Virus record (IMG/VR): IMGVR_UViG_3300030737_000018
Coordinates: 1-58,749 of that record
Direction: 5' to 3' (one strand)
DNA length: 58,749 nt
From: a virus
Lineage: Duplodnaviria > Caudoviricetes
Shown here one piece after another: positions 9,310 through 18,591 of this stretch. Under the pieces are notes generated by a model. It was given only the letters and a program-made list of their open reading frames with translations. It was not told the origin of the DNA and did not search any database. The translations under genes were made by a program, and so were the position numbers. Position 1 is the first letter of the stretch. The number at the start of each line of letters is the position of its first letter.

Positions 9310-10049
9310 CGTTTCCCATTGTGTGCGCAACTGAGTACCGGGCACCATGCCTTGCATAGCCCCGAAGGTTTCGCCGGCCAGGTGTCGTGCTGCAGGCTCC
9401 ACTTCATCTGGTCGATCGTGTTGACGAAGGGTTCCCAGGCTTCTTCCATCGACAGGGTTGTCCCCCTTCCTTTGTCGTCTTGCGTCTCTATCGTGTCGCT
9501 GTCGACGCGGATGAAAAGTTGCTGCGTGATGCGTTTGCTGTGGTCGGGCTCGGGCAGCCAGAGGAAAGCCGTCTTCACCCGCTCCAGCGTTTGGTAGTTG
9601 TCGAAGCACATCAGTGTGGAGAGCATCAGCTGTTTGCTGTTGGGCTTCGTCTTGCCGGTCTTGTAGTCGGCGTTGACCGCGTAGGTCTTCGCTTTGTCGT
9701 GCACGAGCACATCGATCTTGCCGCGTACCCAGCAGGCAGCGCCCCAAAAGTCGGTGGGGGTGTGCCGCTCTGTAATACCCACGTCCAGCTCGGCGTTGAT
9801 TTTACGCCCGATCGCGAGACTTCGCATCAAGTCCAGCCCCCACTGCGCCGAGGCCATATTACTCGGGAGCGCCCGGCCATACTTCACCGCCTCCTCCAGC
9901 TTCTTGTGCACGAGGTTCCCCCACGCCATCTCCTTGCTCTCCTCCTGCTTCACATCCTTGGCGATGCGCAGGTGGTAGAACTGCTTGGGGCAGGTCTCGT
10001 AGGCGCTGATCGAGCTGTAGCTCGCGGGGATGACTTGTGGTGCCTTCAA
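9306..10049 (-). CDS. PD-(D/E)XK Cas4-like exonuclease
   Basis: SYSSISAYETCPKQF; G..VH; RGKIDV; DYKTGK; QL; C-terminal LC.AWCP..SC. Confidence 0.85.
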   Translation of the reverse strand: MKAPQVIPASYSSISAYETCPKQFYHLRIAKDVKQEESKEMAWGNLVHKKLEEAVKYGRALPSNMASAQWGLDLMRSLAIGRKINAELDVGITERHTPTDFWGAACWVRGKIDVLVHDKAKTYAVNADYKTGKTKPNSKQLMLSTLMCFDNYQTLERVKTAFLWLPEPDHSKRITQQLFIRVDSDTIETQDDKGRGTTLSMEEAWEPFVNTIDQMKWSLQHDTWPAKPSGLCKAWCPVLSCAHNGKR

Positions 10050-10309
10050 CGTCGCTTACTCCCCAGTTGCTTGATGATCCCCTTCACGCTATCGACCACT
10101 TCCTGCGCATCCTCGCTGGTGAGGCTGTCGTAGAACGCCAGGCTGCGCAGGTCACTGCCTATGTACTGCCGTGGCTCGTTGGCCCACACTTCGATCTCCA
10201 CGAAAGGGATACGCCCGTAGGTCAGGCCGGACTTGAAACTGTAGGCTGGCGTGAACTTGGCGCCCAGCGCCGCGGCGATCTTTGCCGCTTTGTCGCTTGC
10301 GCTAGTCAT
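10046..10309 (-). CDS. hypothetical protein
   Basis: 87-aa ORF within the operon. Confidence 0.55.
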   Translation of the reverse strand: MTSASDKAAKIAAALGAKFTPAYSFKSGLTYGRIPFVEIEVWANEPRQYIGSDLRSLAFYDSLTSEDAQEVVDSVKGIIKQLGSKRR

Positions 10310-10622
10310 TTCGATCTAGCCGGTTTCTTATGTGGTCTGCAAGAGTTTCAACACTATCGCGGATATTCTGCATCCCGTCCAAAAGAATAGAGAACGCCGC
10401 TGCTGCCTCTAACTCGTTCTGTGTTTCTGTCGCGTTGATCGAAAGACTGACAAAGGTCTCCAGCAAATTTGCATATTTTACGGTAGCCCACGACAGCCCC
10501 ATGATGTACGCATGCGCGGTGCTCTTGGTATCCGGGGTTTTAGACTTGTCTAGGTACTGCTGGAACGCCTGTGTGGCGCTGTCTGGTACCTTTCTAGCCG
10601 TAGGGTGTTGATGCACGCTCAT
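10302..10622 (-). CDS. hypothetical protein
   Basis: 106-aa ORF, GGAG RBS. Confidence 0.6.
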   Translation of the reverse strand: MSVHQHPTARKVPDSATQAFQQYLDKSKTPDTKSTAHAYIMGLSWATVKYANLLETFVSLSINATETQNELEAAAAFSILLDGMQNIRDSVETLADHIRNRLDRND

Positions 10623-10639
10623 GATTTTCTCCGGTTAAA

Positions 10640-13549
10640 TTATTTGCACTCGCCGTACGTGTAGCCCTCTTTGGTTTCACATGCCACCGGCAGCTCCGGC
10701 ATCCACGTCGGTGATGTCTGCATCACGCGGTTGAACTCGCCGCGCGCCCATTCGAGCCACGCGGGATCGTCGATGATAAGTGCCACCAGCTCGTCGTGTA
10801 CCTGAAGCTCGATACCCATGCCAGGGTCTTCGGCGCGAAAGATCGCCTGCAGCTCTACCAGCATCTCGCGGCAGAGTTGGCCGGCTAACGCCTGAACAGC
10901 ATTTTCGAAGCTCTTCGGCGCATGCATGTACGTCTTGTTGCCCTTGTTCCAGTAGCTCCACTCGGTCTTGGTGCCCTTCGTCTCGCAGGTCAGCATCGGA
11001 TACTTGAGATACTGCCCATTGGGCATGCGCAGCGCGGGCTGCCCGAAGATCGGGTCGTTCTCCGGCGTCAGGATATTGAAGGCGTTGGCATCGTTCGCCG
11101 GGCCATTGGGGTCGACGCGGAAGCGGAACGCCGGGATCTTCAGCCCTTGCATCAGGTAGCTCAACTGCTGCAATGAGGACTTCCATGCCTTGACGATGTT
11201 GGGGAACGTCTTGCGATAGAGCCGCACGATCATCTTGGCAAACTCCATCGTGATGGTCAGCCCTTGCTCGCGGCATGTTTCGAAGAACCGCTTGTAGCCC
11301 ATGCCGAAGCACAGACCCAACACGGCCGTCTTGGACAACCGGCGCTCCATCACATCCGCTTTAGTGATCGTCCTGCCGTAGACCATGGTGCCAAACCAGC
11401 AGTAGATGTCCTCGTTGTTACGCAGCTTGTCCAACGCGTCCATCTCGGGGCAGCGCTCGGGATCGCTGATGCCGCGGTTCCACAGGTAATGGTAAGCCCC
11501 GAGCTGAAGGCTGATGCGCGCCTCGATCTGGCTCAAGTCCGACGCCATGATCTTGTACCCCTCCGGCGCGCAGATGGCGTCGCGCACGCGTGAGCCACGC
11601 CCCATGTTTTGGCAATTGAAGGTAACTGCTACTGATCCGTTGCTGCGAATGGGGAAGCCGCCGCGCCCAGTCCGCAAGCAGTAAACATCGCCAGCATAGG
11701 GGGTATGACTTAGCCACGGCCGTTTAGGTTCTAGTACAGCAAAGTCCCGCGGCTTGACATTGACCGTATACAACGTCAGCCCATTACCTTGCTTGTCTTC
11801 GTGGTTAGCTTTCATCTGCACATTGGCAGAGCGGCCCGTAAGATGCGCCGCCGTCTGGATCCACTCAGCATTACTTTTGTCGGCCGTAAAATACTGCCAC
11901 GATCCTCCTCGTTTGTGGGAATCCCAATACTGCGTTTCATCCACAAAAGCTTCCAGCGCATCGGCTGACAAATCCAATAACCACGGCCCGAGCTTTTTGT
12001 ACTTGGACCAGTTGCCGTTCTCTGCTAGAACGCGATGGCGTGGCAGACTACCATTACTTCCCACGCCGGTGCCGTATGTAAATCCGACCATGCGCAACAG
12101 CATTTCAAGGCGATCTTGCTTACGCTGTTTGTGGAACTGGAAACGACAACCGCCCTTCTCGTAGTGGCCGTCTGCCTGTGCGGCAGCAAGGTATCTAGCG
12201 AGCCATGGCGTTATTGGCGAAGTCCCACCCAGCCATGTGCCTGCGAGGGCTATCTTTGTTTGGCTGCTTTGCTTGAGTTCTCCCGCAAGACTATCGCGCC
12301 ATGCTCCTGACGTGTCATATGTTTGCGTAGGTACACGATGGTCTAGTGTGTAGTGACAGTTATGCGTTCCCGTTTTCGTCTCGACGTGCACGAGATCCCC
12401 GACATAATATCGCTTAACGATGTCTGCCATCTCCCAACCGATGCCACCAAGTTCTGAATCCCAAGTAGCTATGCTTTCGCCTTGAGTCAGCTGGTCGAAC
12501 CGTTTCCATCCTGTGGGTGTGAGTACCTCGCATGACGGCAACAGGCAGTTACCGCCACCATGCTTATCCCCCGAGAACCGCTGCGTGTTCATCGCCCCCG
12601 CGTACTTGATGGACACCGGCCATGCGCCGCCCAACTGCGCCGACTCGTAGTACGCCCCAGCCTTATTCTCTTCGTTGGTGGACTTGATCTCCAGTCGGGC
12701 AGCGACGAGCGCCTGCACCTCCGGTCGGGGATGGTCCAGCAGATCCTTCAGCGCCTGGTCGGTCTTGGCAAAGGCATAGCCGATCTTTGACTCTCCCGTT
12801 TTCTTGCTGGGCTTGCCCATCTTGGTCGGCGGGTCCACGCCAAAGGAGCGCAGCGCCTCGGCGAACATCTCCGCGCTGTTGAGTACAGCGCGGTCGGTCA
12901 TGCCCACGCTTGCCAAGGCTTCGGCCTTCTTGACGGCTAACTCCTCCAGATACTGCGCCAGCACTTCCTGATCCAGCATGAACTTCGGCGTGAGGTAGAC
13001 GCGGGTACACCAGTCGGCGGCCAGCAGCTCGGTCTTGGTCATGCCCTTCATCAAGAGTTTGAACAGCTGGTAGGTCTTCTCGCAATCGTCCTCGCAGTAT
13101 TTCCCTAACTGCGCCTCGATCTCTGGCGGCAGGTCAATGAGGTTATATGTCGCACTCAAGCCTTCGGGCTTGCCGGAGCCCAGCAGCAATTCGCCTAGTG
13201 CGTCCAGGCCATGCTTGATGGCGTTGGCACCGATCTGCGCGCGCGCGAGGGCGAGCGTGTCCACATACATCTTCGGGGTGATGCCGTAACGCCACGCAAG
13301 AATACTCGCGTCGAAGCCCAGGTTGTGGCCGATGAAGCACGCGTCGCTCCAGTCGATCTTGGCAAACACGGCTGGCAGATGCTTGCCCGGTATCCAGCGT
13401 GCCGGCGCGTCGCCGATCTTCAGCCCACAGCCATGGGCCTTGAAGCGCTCGTCCATGATGTACTTCTGGTGCGTCATGCCTTTATCGCGCAGGGAGTAGC
13501 CTGTGCCGAAGCGCGTTTCGAAGTCGCCTACTACCAGTTTCACTGACAC
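10640..13549 (-). CDS. polA: family A DNA polymerase with 3'-5' exonuclease domain, intein-containing
   Basis: Exo I DFET, Exo II GHNLGFD, Exo III YCEDD; motif A DLSQIEAR; motif B RRLSKTAVLGLCFG; motif C QVHDEL. Confidence 0.92.
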   Translation of the reverse strand: MSVKLVVGDFETRFGTGYSLRDKGMTHQKYIMDERFKAHGCGLKIGDAPARWIPGKHLPAVFAKIDWSDACFIGHNLGFDASILAWRYGITPKMYVDTLALARAQIGANAIKHGLDALGELLLGSGKPEGLSATYNLIDLPPEIEAQLGKYCEDDCEKTYQLFKLLMKGMTKTELLAADWCTRVYLTPKFMLDQEVLAQYLEELAVKKAEALASVGMTDRAVLNSAEMFAEALRSFGVDPPTKMGKPSKKTGESKIGYAFAKTDQALKDLLDHPRPEVQALVAARLEIKSTNEENKAGAYYESAQLGGAWPVSIKYAGAMNTQRFSGDKHGGGNCLLPSCEVLTPTGWKRFDQLTQGESIATWDSELGGIGWEMADIVKRYYVGDLVHVETKTGTHNCHYTLDHRVPTQTYDTSGAWRDSLAGELKQSSQTKIALAGTWLGGTSPITPWLARYLAAAQADGHYEKGGCRFQFHKQRKQDRLEMLLRMVGFTYGTGVGSNGSLPRHRVLAENGNWSKYKKLGPWLLDLSADALEAFVDETQYWDSHKRGGSWQYFTADKSNAEWIQTAAHLTGRSANVQMKANHEDKQGNGLTLYTVNVKPRDFAVLEPKRPWLSHTPYAGDVYCLRTGRGGFPIRSNGSVAVTFNCQNMGRGSRVRDAICAPEGYKIMASDLSQIEARISLQLGAYHYLWNRGISDPERCPEMDALDKLRNNEDIYCWFGTMVYGRTITKADVMERRLSKTAVLGLCFGMGYKRFFETCREQGLTITMEFAKMIVRLYRKTFPNIVKAWKSSLQQLSYLMQGLKIPAFRFRVDPNGPANDANAFNILTPENDPIFGQPALRMPNGQYLKYPMLTCETKGTKTEWSYWNKGNKTYMHAPKSFENAVQALAGQLCREMLVELQAIFRAEDPGMGIELQVHDELVALIIDDPAWLEWARGEFNRVMQTSPTWMPELPVACETKEGYTYGECK
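11615..12547 (-). mobile_element. intein (311 aa) with LAGLIDADG-type homing endonuclease domain
   Basis: N-junction GGN|CLLPSCEVLTPTGW; block B TLDHR; YLAAAQADG and FVDETQYWDSH helices; C-junction YAGDVYCL...TFN|CQN; visibly lower GC than the exteins. Confidence 0.9.
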
Positions 13550-13770
13550 TCCTCCGCCACTTTGTTCTCCACCGCCTGCCGCGCCTCAAGCTCAGAGCTG
13601 TATTGGCCTAGGTACGTGCGATGCGTGCTCGCTGAGTAACGTCCGACCTTCGGCATGAGGATCACGGTCCCTGTCGTACCACCGTCGAGCGCCATAAGCT
13701 GCCACACGAGCTTGCTGACGTGCTGCCACGAGAGTCGGCCATCCTTGGCCGGGCCGAGTAAGAGGCTCAC
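13540..13770 (-). CDS. hypothetical protein
   Basis: 76-aa ORF overlapping the polymerase start; YLGQYSSELEA motif. Confidence 0.55.
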   Translation of the reverse strand: MSLLLGPAKDGRLSWQHVSKLVWQLMALDGGTTGTVILMPKVGRYSASTHRTYLGQYSSELEARQAVENKVAEECQ

Positions 13771-13985
13771 TTCGCCAGCTCCGCAAGCAACTCATCTGCG
13801 TAACCTACAGCATGAGATGGGGCACGCATATAAGTTTGCCCGCTAGCTAAAATGCCTTGCAGCGCCATACCTGCCGACCATTCCCGCTTGGTCAGCCCAC
13901 GGGACAACGCATTGTCTGCCCACACCGGCTTCGTCGGATCGTCAGGATAGGTTTGCGGGAACGCTGCCTCGCCTCCGGCTTTCAT
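13767..13985 (-). CDS. conserved small phage protein
   Basis: GG.AFP...GLTKRE..AGMALQG...AD.LL pattern. Confidence 0.7.
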   Translation of the reverse strand: MKAGGEAAFPQTYPDDPTKPVWADNALSRGLTKREWSAGMALQGILASGQTYMRAPSHAVGYADELLAELAK

Positions 13986-14140
13986 CCCTTCACCTTCTTC
14001 AGTGCTGGGTTCTTGCGCTTGGCCGCTGGCGCCGCCTTGCGGGCCGACGAGGCCAAGATAGCTCCTGCGCTCTTCATGCCGACGCCTTCCTTCTTGCTGA
14101 TGCTTTTCTGTACCGCCTTAAACCCGCGTTTCTTTTCCAT
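13982..14140 (-). CDS. small Lys-rich basic protein (52 aa)
   Basis: MEKKRGFKAVQKSISKKEGVGMKSAGAILASSARKAAPAAKRKNPALKKVKG; AAGGAG RBS; below the ORF-track cutoff. Confidence 0.7.
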   Translation of the reverse strand: MEKKRGFKAVQKSISKKEGVGMKSAGAILASSARKAAPAAKRKNPALKKVKG

Positions 14141-14712
14141 CACACGTCTCCTTCAAGGATACCCTTCAGATCGTCGTACTGCCGCTGATACTCTTCTTTC
14201 CACGCCTCAGTCGATGGCACGGCATGGCCCTCCCGATACGTCGCTGCCAGCATGGCCTGCTCACTCACCCGCACAGCACGCACATTCAGCGCGGTGCGGT
14301 CGTCCAACGCCACATACACCATCAGGCTTACTGCGCGAATGAAGGGTGACCCCTGCTCACCCACGCTCAACCGGCGCAACTCTTCCCGCATCGGCACCAG
14401 GTTGATCGTCGCTCCGCGCAGCAGCGCATCCAGTTTCGCCAGCACATGTGGCGGGAGGAACATGTAACAGGTATACCGTTTAGCCGTCTGAAGGACGAAC
14501 CTCGACAGCGCATCTCGCGCTGCCGCTCCGCTGGACTTCTTGACGAAGCCTAGTCCCCACACGGAGCCGGCCACGCCGCCGAACAGCCCCTCAACCGCCG
14601 TAAGCCAGTCCGTCGCCTTCTTGCCCGTCTCGGCCATGTAGGCTTCGCAGTCCACGCGTCCCTGCTCGCAGATGTTGGCGTCGTAGAGATCCTGGATGCG
14701 CCAGTAGATCAT
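14140..14712 (-). CDS. hypothetical protein
   Basis: 190-aa ORF coupled to neighbours. Confidence 0.6.
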   Translation of the reverse strand: MIYWRIQDLYDANICEQGRVDCEAYMAETGKKATDWLTAVEGLFGGVAGSVWGLGFVKKSSGAAARDALSRFVLQTAKRYTCYMFLPPHVLAKLDALLRGATINLVPMREELRRLSVGEQGSPFIRAVSLMVYVALDDRTALNVRAVRVSEQAMLAATYREGHAVPSTEAWKEEYQRQYDDLKGILEGDV

Positions 14713-14921
14713 CGAAGCTCCACGGCGTTGAACCGCTCGCCTTTGGGCTTTCCGCCATTATCGAAGCGCGTATGCTCCTCATTGACCGGAAAGAGCTGGA
14801 TGCTAGAGACATAGGTCAAATGCCTGTAGTCTCCATAATCTGGCTCCATAACCATGACATCCATATCCCCCGCTGAGCGCTGAAGCAGCTGCAGATGTCC
14901 AACAAGCTCTGAGATCTTCAC
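14709..14921 (-). CDS. hypothetical protein
   Basis: MKISELV..L......GD..V pattern common in small phage genes. Confidence 0.6.
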   Translation of the reverse strand: MKISELVGHLQLLQRSAGDMDVMVMEPDYGDYRHLTYVSSIQLFPVNEEHTRFDNGGKPKGERFNAVELR

Positions 14922-15139
14922 TGCTTCACCCGATTGGTCTTGGCCTTCACCACCCGCAGGTTGCTGTCGGCATTGTTGAGCCCGGCCTTGGTGCGCGCCG
15001 AGGATTTGTGGTCGACGTGCATACCGTCCCCCTTCTTGGCTTTCCCTGCCTTGACCATCTTCGCCCGCGCGGCGTTACGCTGGGCGCGTTCCTTTTTCAT
15101 CTTGGGGGATGAGTGGTACTTCGCATACTGGTCGTTCAT
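14918..15139 (-). CDS. small HNH endonuclease-like protein
   Basis: RAQRNAAR...GDGMHVDHK...NNADSNLRV....NR. Confidence 0.75.
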   Translation of the reverse strand: MNDQYAKYHSSPKMKKERAQRNAARAKMVKAGKAKKGDGMHVDHKSSARTKAGLNNADSNLRVVKAKTNRVKQ

Positions 15140-15351
15140 TCGCTCAACTCCGGCAGCAGCCCCATCGAATACAGGGCCTGGTAAAGCTTCATTGCCTCGT
15201 GCTGCGCATCACGAAGCCGGCTTTCTCTTAAGCACTCCGATATGCGACCTAACATCTGCTGCAACTTTCGCTTGGTGGGCGGCCCATCAGTCCAGATAAA
15301 CTCCCCGGCGGGGCCGCGTGTCATGACACGGTTGCTTCGTGGTCTAGCCAT
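15136..15351 (-). CDS. hypothetical protein
   Basis: 71-aa ORF within the operon. Confidence 0.55.
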   Translation of the reverse strand: MARPRSNRVMTRGPAGEFIWTDGPPTKRKLQQMLGRISECLRESRLRDAQHEAMKLYQALYSMGLLPELSE

Positions 15352-15682
15352 CGTCGTTCAACTCCTGCACCAGCCTAAGATTACCCACCCGCGGCCACCA
15401 GCGTTTACCTTGGGCATCCTCCACCACGTAGCTCTCGTGCTCCCGGTAGTACGCCGCTCGATTCAACTCTGGCCAGTCGATATCTTCCTTGCGCATCTTG
15501 CGGGTTTTAAGGATCTCCCGCTCGCGCCGGCTGATGGTCGGATAGAGGTTGAACTTCACCACTTCGACGATCTCTCCTCGATGCGGGCGAAGATGTTTAG
15601 CCGCACGCCACTCCACGATGTCATGGAGCTTAAACCGCCCGACGCCCCGCGTCTCGACCTTGCGCACCCAGCGGTTGTTCAC
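15344..15682 (-). CDS. hypothetical protein
   Basis: GTG start overlaps the upstream stop; FK..D.VEW and SYVV...K.WWPRV..L motifs. Confidence 0.6.
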   Translation of the reverse strand: MNNRWVRKVETRGVGRFKLHDIVEWRAAKHLRPHRGEIVEVVKFNLYPTISRREREILKTRKMRKEDIDWPELNRAAYYREHESYVVEDAQGKRWWPRVGNLRLVQELNDDG

Positions 15683-15978
15683 GGCTTCTGATTCTCCGGA
15701 AGCGCGGCGGTGAGCTTGTAAGTTAAACGGTCCCACCAATCTGCACGTTCGTGTTTATTTTGTCCGCGCTCGAAGGCTGAATTGGATTTAAAGTTTGCAA
15801 TCGCCTCGCGCACGGCATCCCAGTCCCCGGCGTTGGCGCGGGTGTTCCAACCAAGTTCGGATCCACTCCACACATCCTCGACCTCGTCGTCCTTATAACG
15901 ATTGCCTTCGCGAGATAGATTAACGAAATTATCTCGGCCCCACTTTTCAAACTCCGCCCTGCACAGTTCCTCACTCAT
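15679..15978 (-). CDS. hypothetical protein
   Basis: CRAEFEKW...Y.D..V...W..W pattern. Confidence 0.6.
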   Translation of the reverse strand: MSEELCRAEFEKWGRDNFVNLSREGNRYKDDEVEDVWSGSELGWNTRANAGDWDAVREAIANFKSNSAFERGQNKHERADWWDRLTYKLTAALPENQKP

Positions 15979-16237
15979 CGCCCTTCCCCTCAGCCCGCTC
16001 GCGCCGGAGTTCGTCGGCTCGCTTGCTGCAACCCAGATCGCGCAAGTCGCTCACACCTTCTCGTTCCATCAGCGCCTGCTCCAGCGCCCTGAGCCGCTTT
16101 GCAGCCTCGGCGTTCTGCGCTATCTCGGCGTGGTGGGTTATAAGGAAATGCCTTGCCTCCTGCGCATCAACAGAAATAGTTCCGTAGAAGTTTCCTACAG
16201 ACACCACCTCTGCCAGTTCCTTGAGCATGTCGGTCAT
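15971..16237 (-). CDS. hypothetical protein
   Basis: 88-aa coupled ORF. Confidence 0.55.
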   Translation of the reverse strand: MTDMLKELAEVVSVGNFYGTISVDAQEARHFLITHHAEIAQNAEAAKRLRALEQALMEREGVSDLRDLGCSKRADELRRERAEGKGDE

Positions 16238-16407
16238 GACTGCGTGTCCTTCATGATGGCGAACGAAACGCTGCTAAATGAATTTTCAGACACCCGTATG
16301 TACTCGGCCATTTCAACCGGCATATCAAATGCTTTGACAGTGCGCTCAACATCGAGTCCAGCATTAACCAAGCCGGTCGCATCTGTGATAATTACTGCGA
16401 TCTTCAT
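16234..16407 (-). CDS. hypothetical protein (57 aa)
   Basis: MKIAVIITDATG...; AAGGAGG RBS; ATGA overlaps. Confidence 0.55.
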   Translation of the reverse strand: MKIAVIITDATGLVNAGLDVERTVKAFDMPVEMAEYIRVSENSFSSVSFAIMKDTQS

Positions 16408-16580
16408 TTCGCCTCCTTCGGCTGTGGGGCGGCTAAATTCTGTGCAAATTGCATGGCTTCATTTAGGCGTGCATGGAAGCGGTTAGCTGCTTCTTGCGAC
16501 TCGAAAACAATGCTTACAGCATGCCCTTCTGGCGATATCGACTTTCGCAGAACATCTACAGCACCCTCAGGCACTCCCAC
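16404..16580 (-). CDS. hypothetical protein (58 aa), possibly the detached tail of the upstream gene
   Basis: Open frame VGVPEGAVDV...QPKEAK starts 1 nt after the upstream stop. Confidence 0.35.
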   Translation of the reverse strand: MGVPEGAVDVLRKSISPEGHAVSIVFESQEAANRFHARLNEAMQFAQNLAAPQPKEAK

Positions 16581-16581
16581 C

Positions 16582-17001
16582 TCACCGCTCGCCCTGGGTG
16601 AGGTCGCTCACGGCTGCGGCGGTTCTCTGGACTAACTTGGCTATTTCTAGTGCAACCCATTTATAACGATATTCGCCATCCGACCCATCAATACCCAGTA
16701 GGCGATATGCATCTTTGATGCACGCCAAATGGTGTTCTCGTGCTTCTCGCAGTAGTGATGTTGAAACATCACCACGCACCACCGGCTCAGCACTCCCTGC
16801 CTGCGGCTTGTCGAGGGTGGCGTTATGCGCATCGACAATGGCTTGCGCTTTCGCTTGCGGAAGGTCGGTGACATTAAGAACCACGCCACCACAACCAGTA
16901 CCCCAATCAGGCGGAATATCTGTGCCCGATGGTGACGGTGGAACGTCTGCGATAAACAGTCCGTCATTCAGCGAAACTAGATGCCACTTCTCACTACTCA
17001 T
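16582..17001 (-). CDS. hypothetical protein
   Basis: MSSEKWHL... with AGGAG RBS. Confidence 0.5.
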   Translation of the reverse strand: MSSEKWHLVSLNDGLFIADVPPSPSGTDIPPDWGTGCGGVVLNVTDLPQAKAQAIVDAHNATLDKPQAGSAEPVVRGDVSTSLLREAREHHLACIKDAYRLLGIDGSDGEYRYKWVALEIAKLVQRTAAAVSDLTQGER

Positions 17002-17389
17002 GCCGTTCTCCTGTGGCTGCGGCGAGCTGGTAAGTGTCGTAATCGCCATCAGCATCAGTCGTGATCGTCACATCGACGGATGGTAGGTTCTTAGCTCGGC
17101 GAACACGCACCACTTCGCCCGCGTCAATCTGCCCGTTGTTATGCAGATTGGACAACAGCTCATCCATCGAGCAGGCGCACTCCTCACCGTCATCATCCGG
17201 CACAGATATTCCGCCATCGAACGGCTCAACCGGCACGCACACCCAGTCGGCGCTGGCGAGTAAGTTCTTGATCATCAGCTTGTACTGATCAAGCCAGTAG
17301 CTAGTTTCCGCATGCGTGTGATGCCTCTCGTGCCTCAACGCCTCGGCATACAACTCCCTGATCTGCTCGAGCGGGTTGTTTGTGGTCAT
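16994..17389 (-). CDS. hypothetical protein
   Basis: 131-aa ORF, GAGGA RBS. Confidence 0.55.
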   Translation of the reverse strand: MTTNNPLEQIRELYAEALRHERHHTHAETSYWLDQYKLMIKNLLASADWVCVPVEPFDGGISVPDDDGEECACSMDELLSNLHNNGQIDAGEVVRVRRAKNLPSVDVTITTDADGDYDTYQLAAATGERHE

Positions 17390-18018
17390 GGGGTTTTCCT
17401 CGAATTTCTAGCGATATCAATTAACTGATCTCTGAATAAGGCAGGAGTGGCGTTACGAATTCGCGTCTTGTCCTTGCCGCCGACCATCGACAACATGCCG
17501 ATCCGGCGCGCTTTTTCGTAGCCATGGCGCGCCAGCGCGACTGGGTGTAAACGCTGCTCGACTTTTCCCCAGCGCAATTCAGGGAGTGGGATCTGCGATT
17601 TCACATATAGCCAAGTTGGTTTTCCGGCTATATGTTCGTAATGTCCTTGATAAACGCAGCACGTCCAGGTTCCTTCGTATTCGTCAGCCCGTATCCAGCC
17701 TCCTTCCCGTGGCGGCTTGTTGATTTTGAAATGTGTCCAGGCTTGTGAATCGCACGGGTGTTCAATAACGCCACCAAAAGTACGTACTGCCTCAAGCGCA
17801 GCTTTGAAGCAACCGTCGTCGTCGCCTAATTTGAATTGATGAGGCTTTCGCGTAGAACCATGCCAGAACCTACCCCAACGCTGACATGGTGGATGAGCGA
17901 CTACCGGATGTGGACCAATGTACTGCCTGGCATCGCGTCTGATATCCCACGGATCAACGCCATTAATACCGAAATAAGTACCGTCTGTTTCAACGAATAG
18001 AGCAGCTACAGGGTTCAT
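17386..18018 (-). CDS. atypical DNA cytosine (C5) methyltransferase-like protein
   Basis: VAALFV, DAR, catalytic-type AHPPCQ, VIEHP, KPTWLY, R..TP..F; start ATG 18018 overlaps the upstream TGA; lower GC. Confidence 0.65.
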   Translation of the reverse strand: MNPVAALFVETDGTYFGINGVDPWDIRRDARQYIGPHPVVAHPPCQRWGRFWHGSTRKPHQFKLGDDDGCFKAALEAVRTFGGVIEHPCDSQAWTHFKINKPPREGGWIRADEYEGTWTCCVYQGHYEHIAGKPTWLYVKSQIPLPELRWGKVEQRLHPVALARHGYEKARRIGMLSMVGGKDKTRIRNATPALFRDQLIDIARNSRKTP

Positions 18019-18266
18019 CACTTCATCCCCTCCACGGCGGCGAGGGCTTTGCGCCATTTATCAGGGCGGCATTGAACGGCTGCTGCTTTAGCATCAATGC
18101 TCCATGCTTCGGAATCCCAAAGCATAAGCACGTCGCGCATCTGTTCGGTCAGCTCAGCGAACGCAGCGCGGGCTTTGCGAAAGTCAGCCGTTATTCCGCC
18201 TAATCCTTCGATGTATGGAAGTACGCGATCCAGCACCGCCAGCGCCTCGGGGGTCTTAGTGGTCAT
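18018..18266 (-). CDS. hypothetical protein
   Basis: 82-aa ORF, GGAGG RBS. Confidence 0.6.
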   Translation of the reverse strand: MTTKTPEALAVLDRVLPYIEGLGGITADFRKARAAFAELTEQMRDVLMLWDSEAWSIDAKAAAVQCRPDKWRKALAAVEGMK

Positions 18267-18591
18267 GGGTGCCTCCGGTGACTACGTCGATGGCTTGATC
18301 TAACGAGACAACGCCGACGTGAGGAACTTTGTCGATCAATTCGAACCAGCCTGTACCGTTGCGATGGTCACCGACGCATATATGGACGATGGCGTGCGGC
18401 GAAGTGTTACCGTTCTTGAATGGCTGAACATGATCGCGCAGCCAGCGATACCGATCAGCATCCTGCTGCGCACCTTCATTCACCACCATCACCTCAAACC
18501 CCACATGACCCTTGTGCGCCTCGTAAGCATCGCGGCTGCATTCGTGCCAGCCGGTGTCGATGCCGTTGGGTTCGCGGAATAGGTAGATCAT
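18256..18591 (-). CDS. hypothetical protein with DADRYRWLR motif
   Basis: W.EC....Y and DA.RYRWLR...LD.AID motifs typical of phage early proteins. Confidence 0.65.
   Translation of the reverse strand: MIYLFREPNGIDTGWHECSRDAYEAHKGHVGFEVMVVNEGAQQDADRYRWLRDHVQPFKNGNTSPHAIVHICVGDHRNGTGWFELIDKVPHVGVVSLDQAIDVVTGGTHDH

Noticed and set aside
9306-10049. CRISPR-Cas system suggested by the Cas4-like nuclease
   Set aside because: No repeat-spacer array or other cas genes seen; solo Cas4-like exonucleases are routine in phage replication modules
16404-17001. Programmed frameshift joining 16582-17001 to 16404-16580
   Set aside because: No slippery sequence or stimulatory structure seen; gene decay or two small genes explains it equally well
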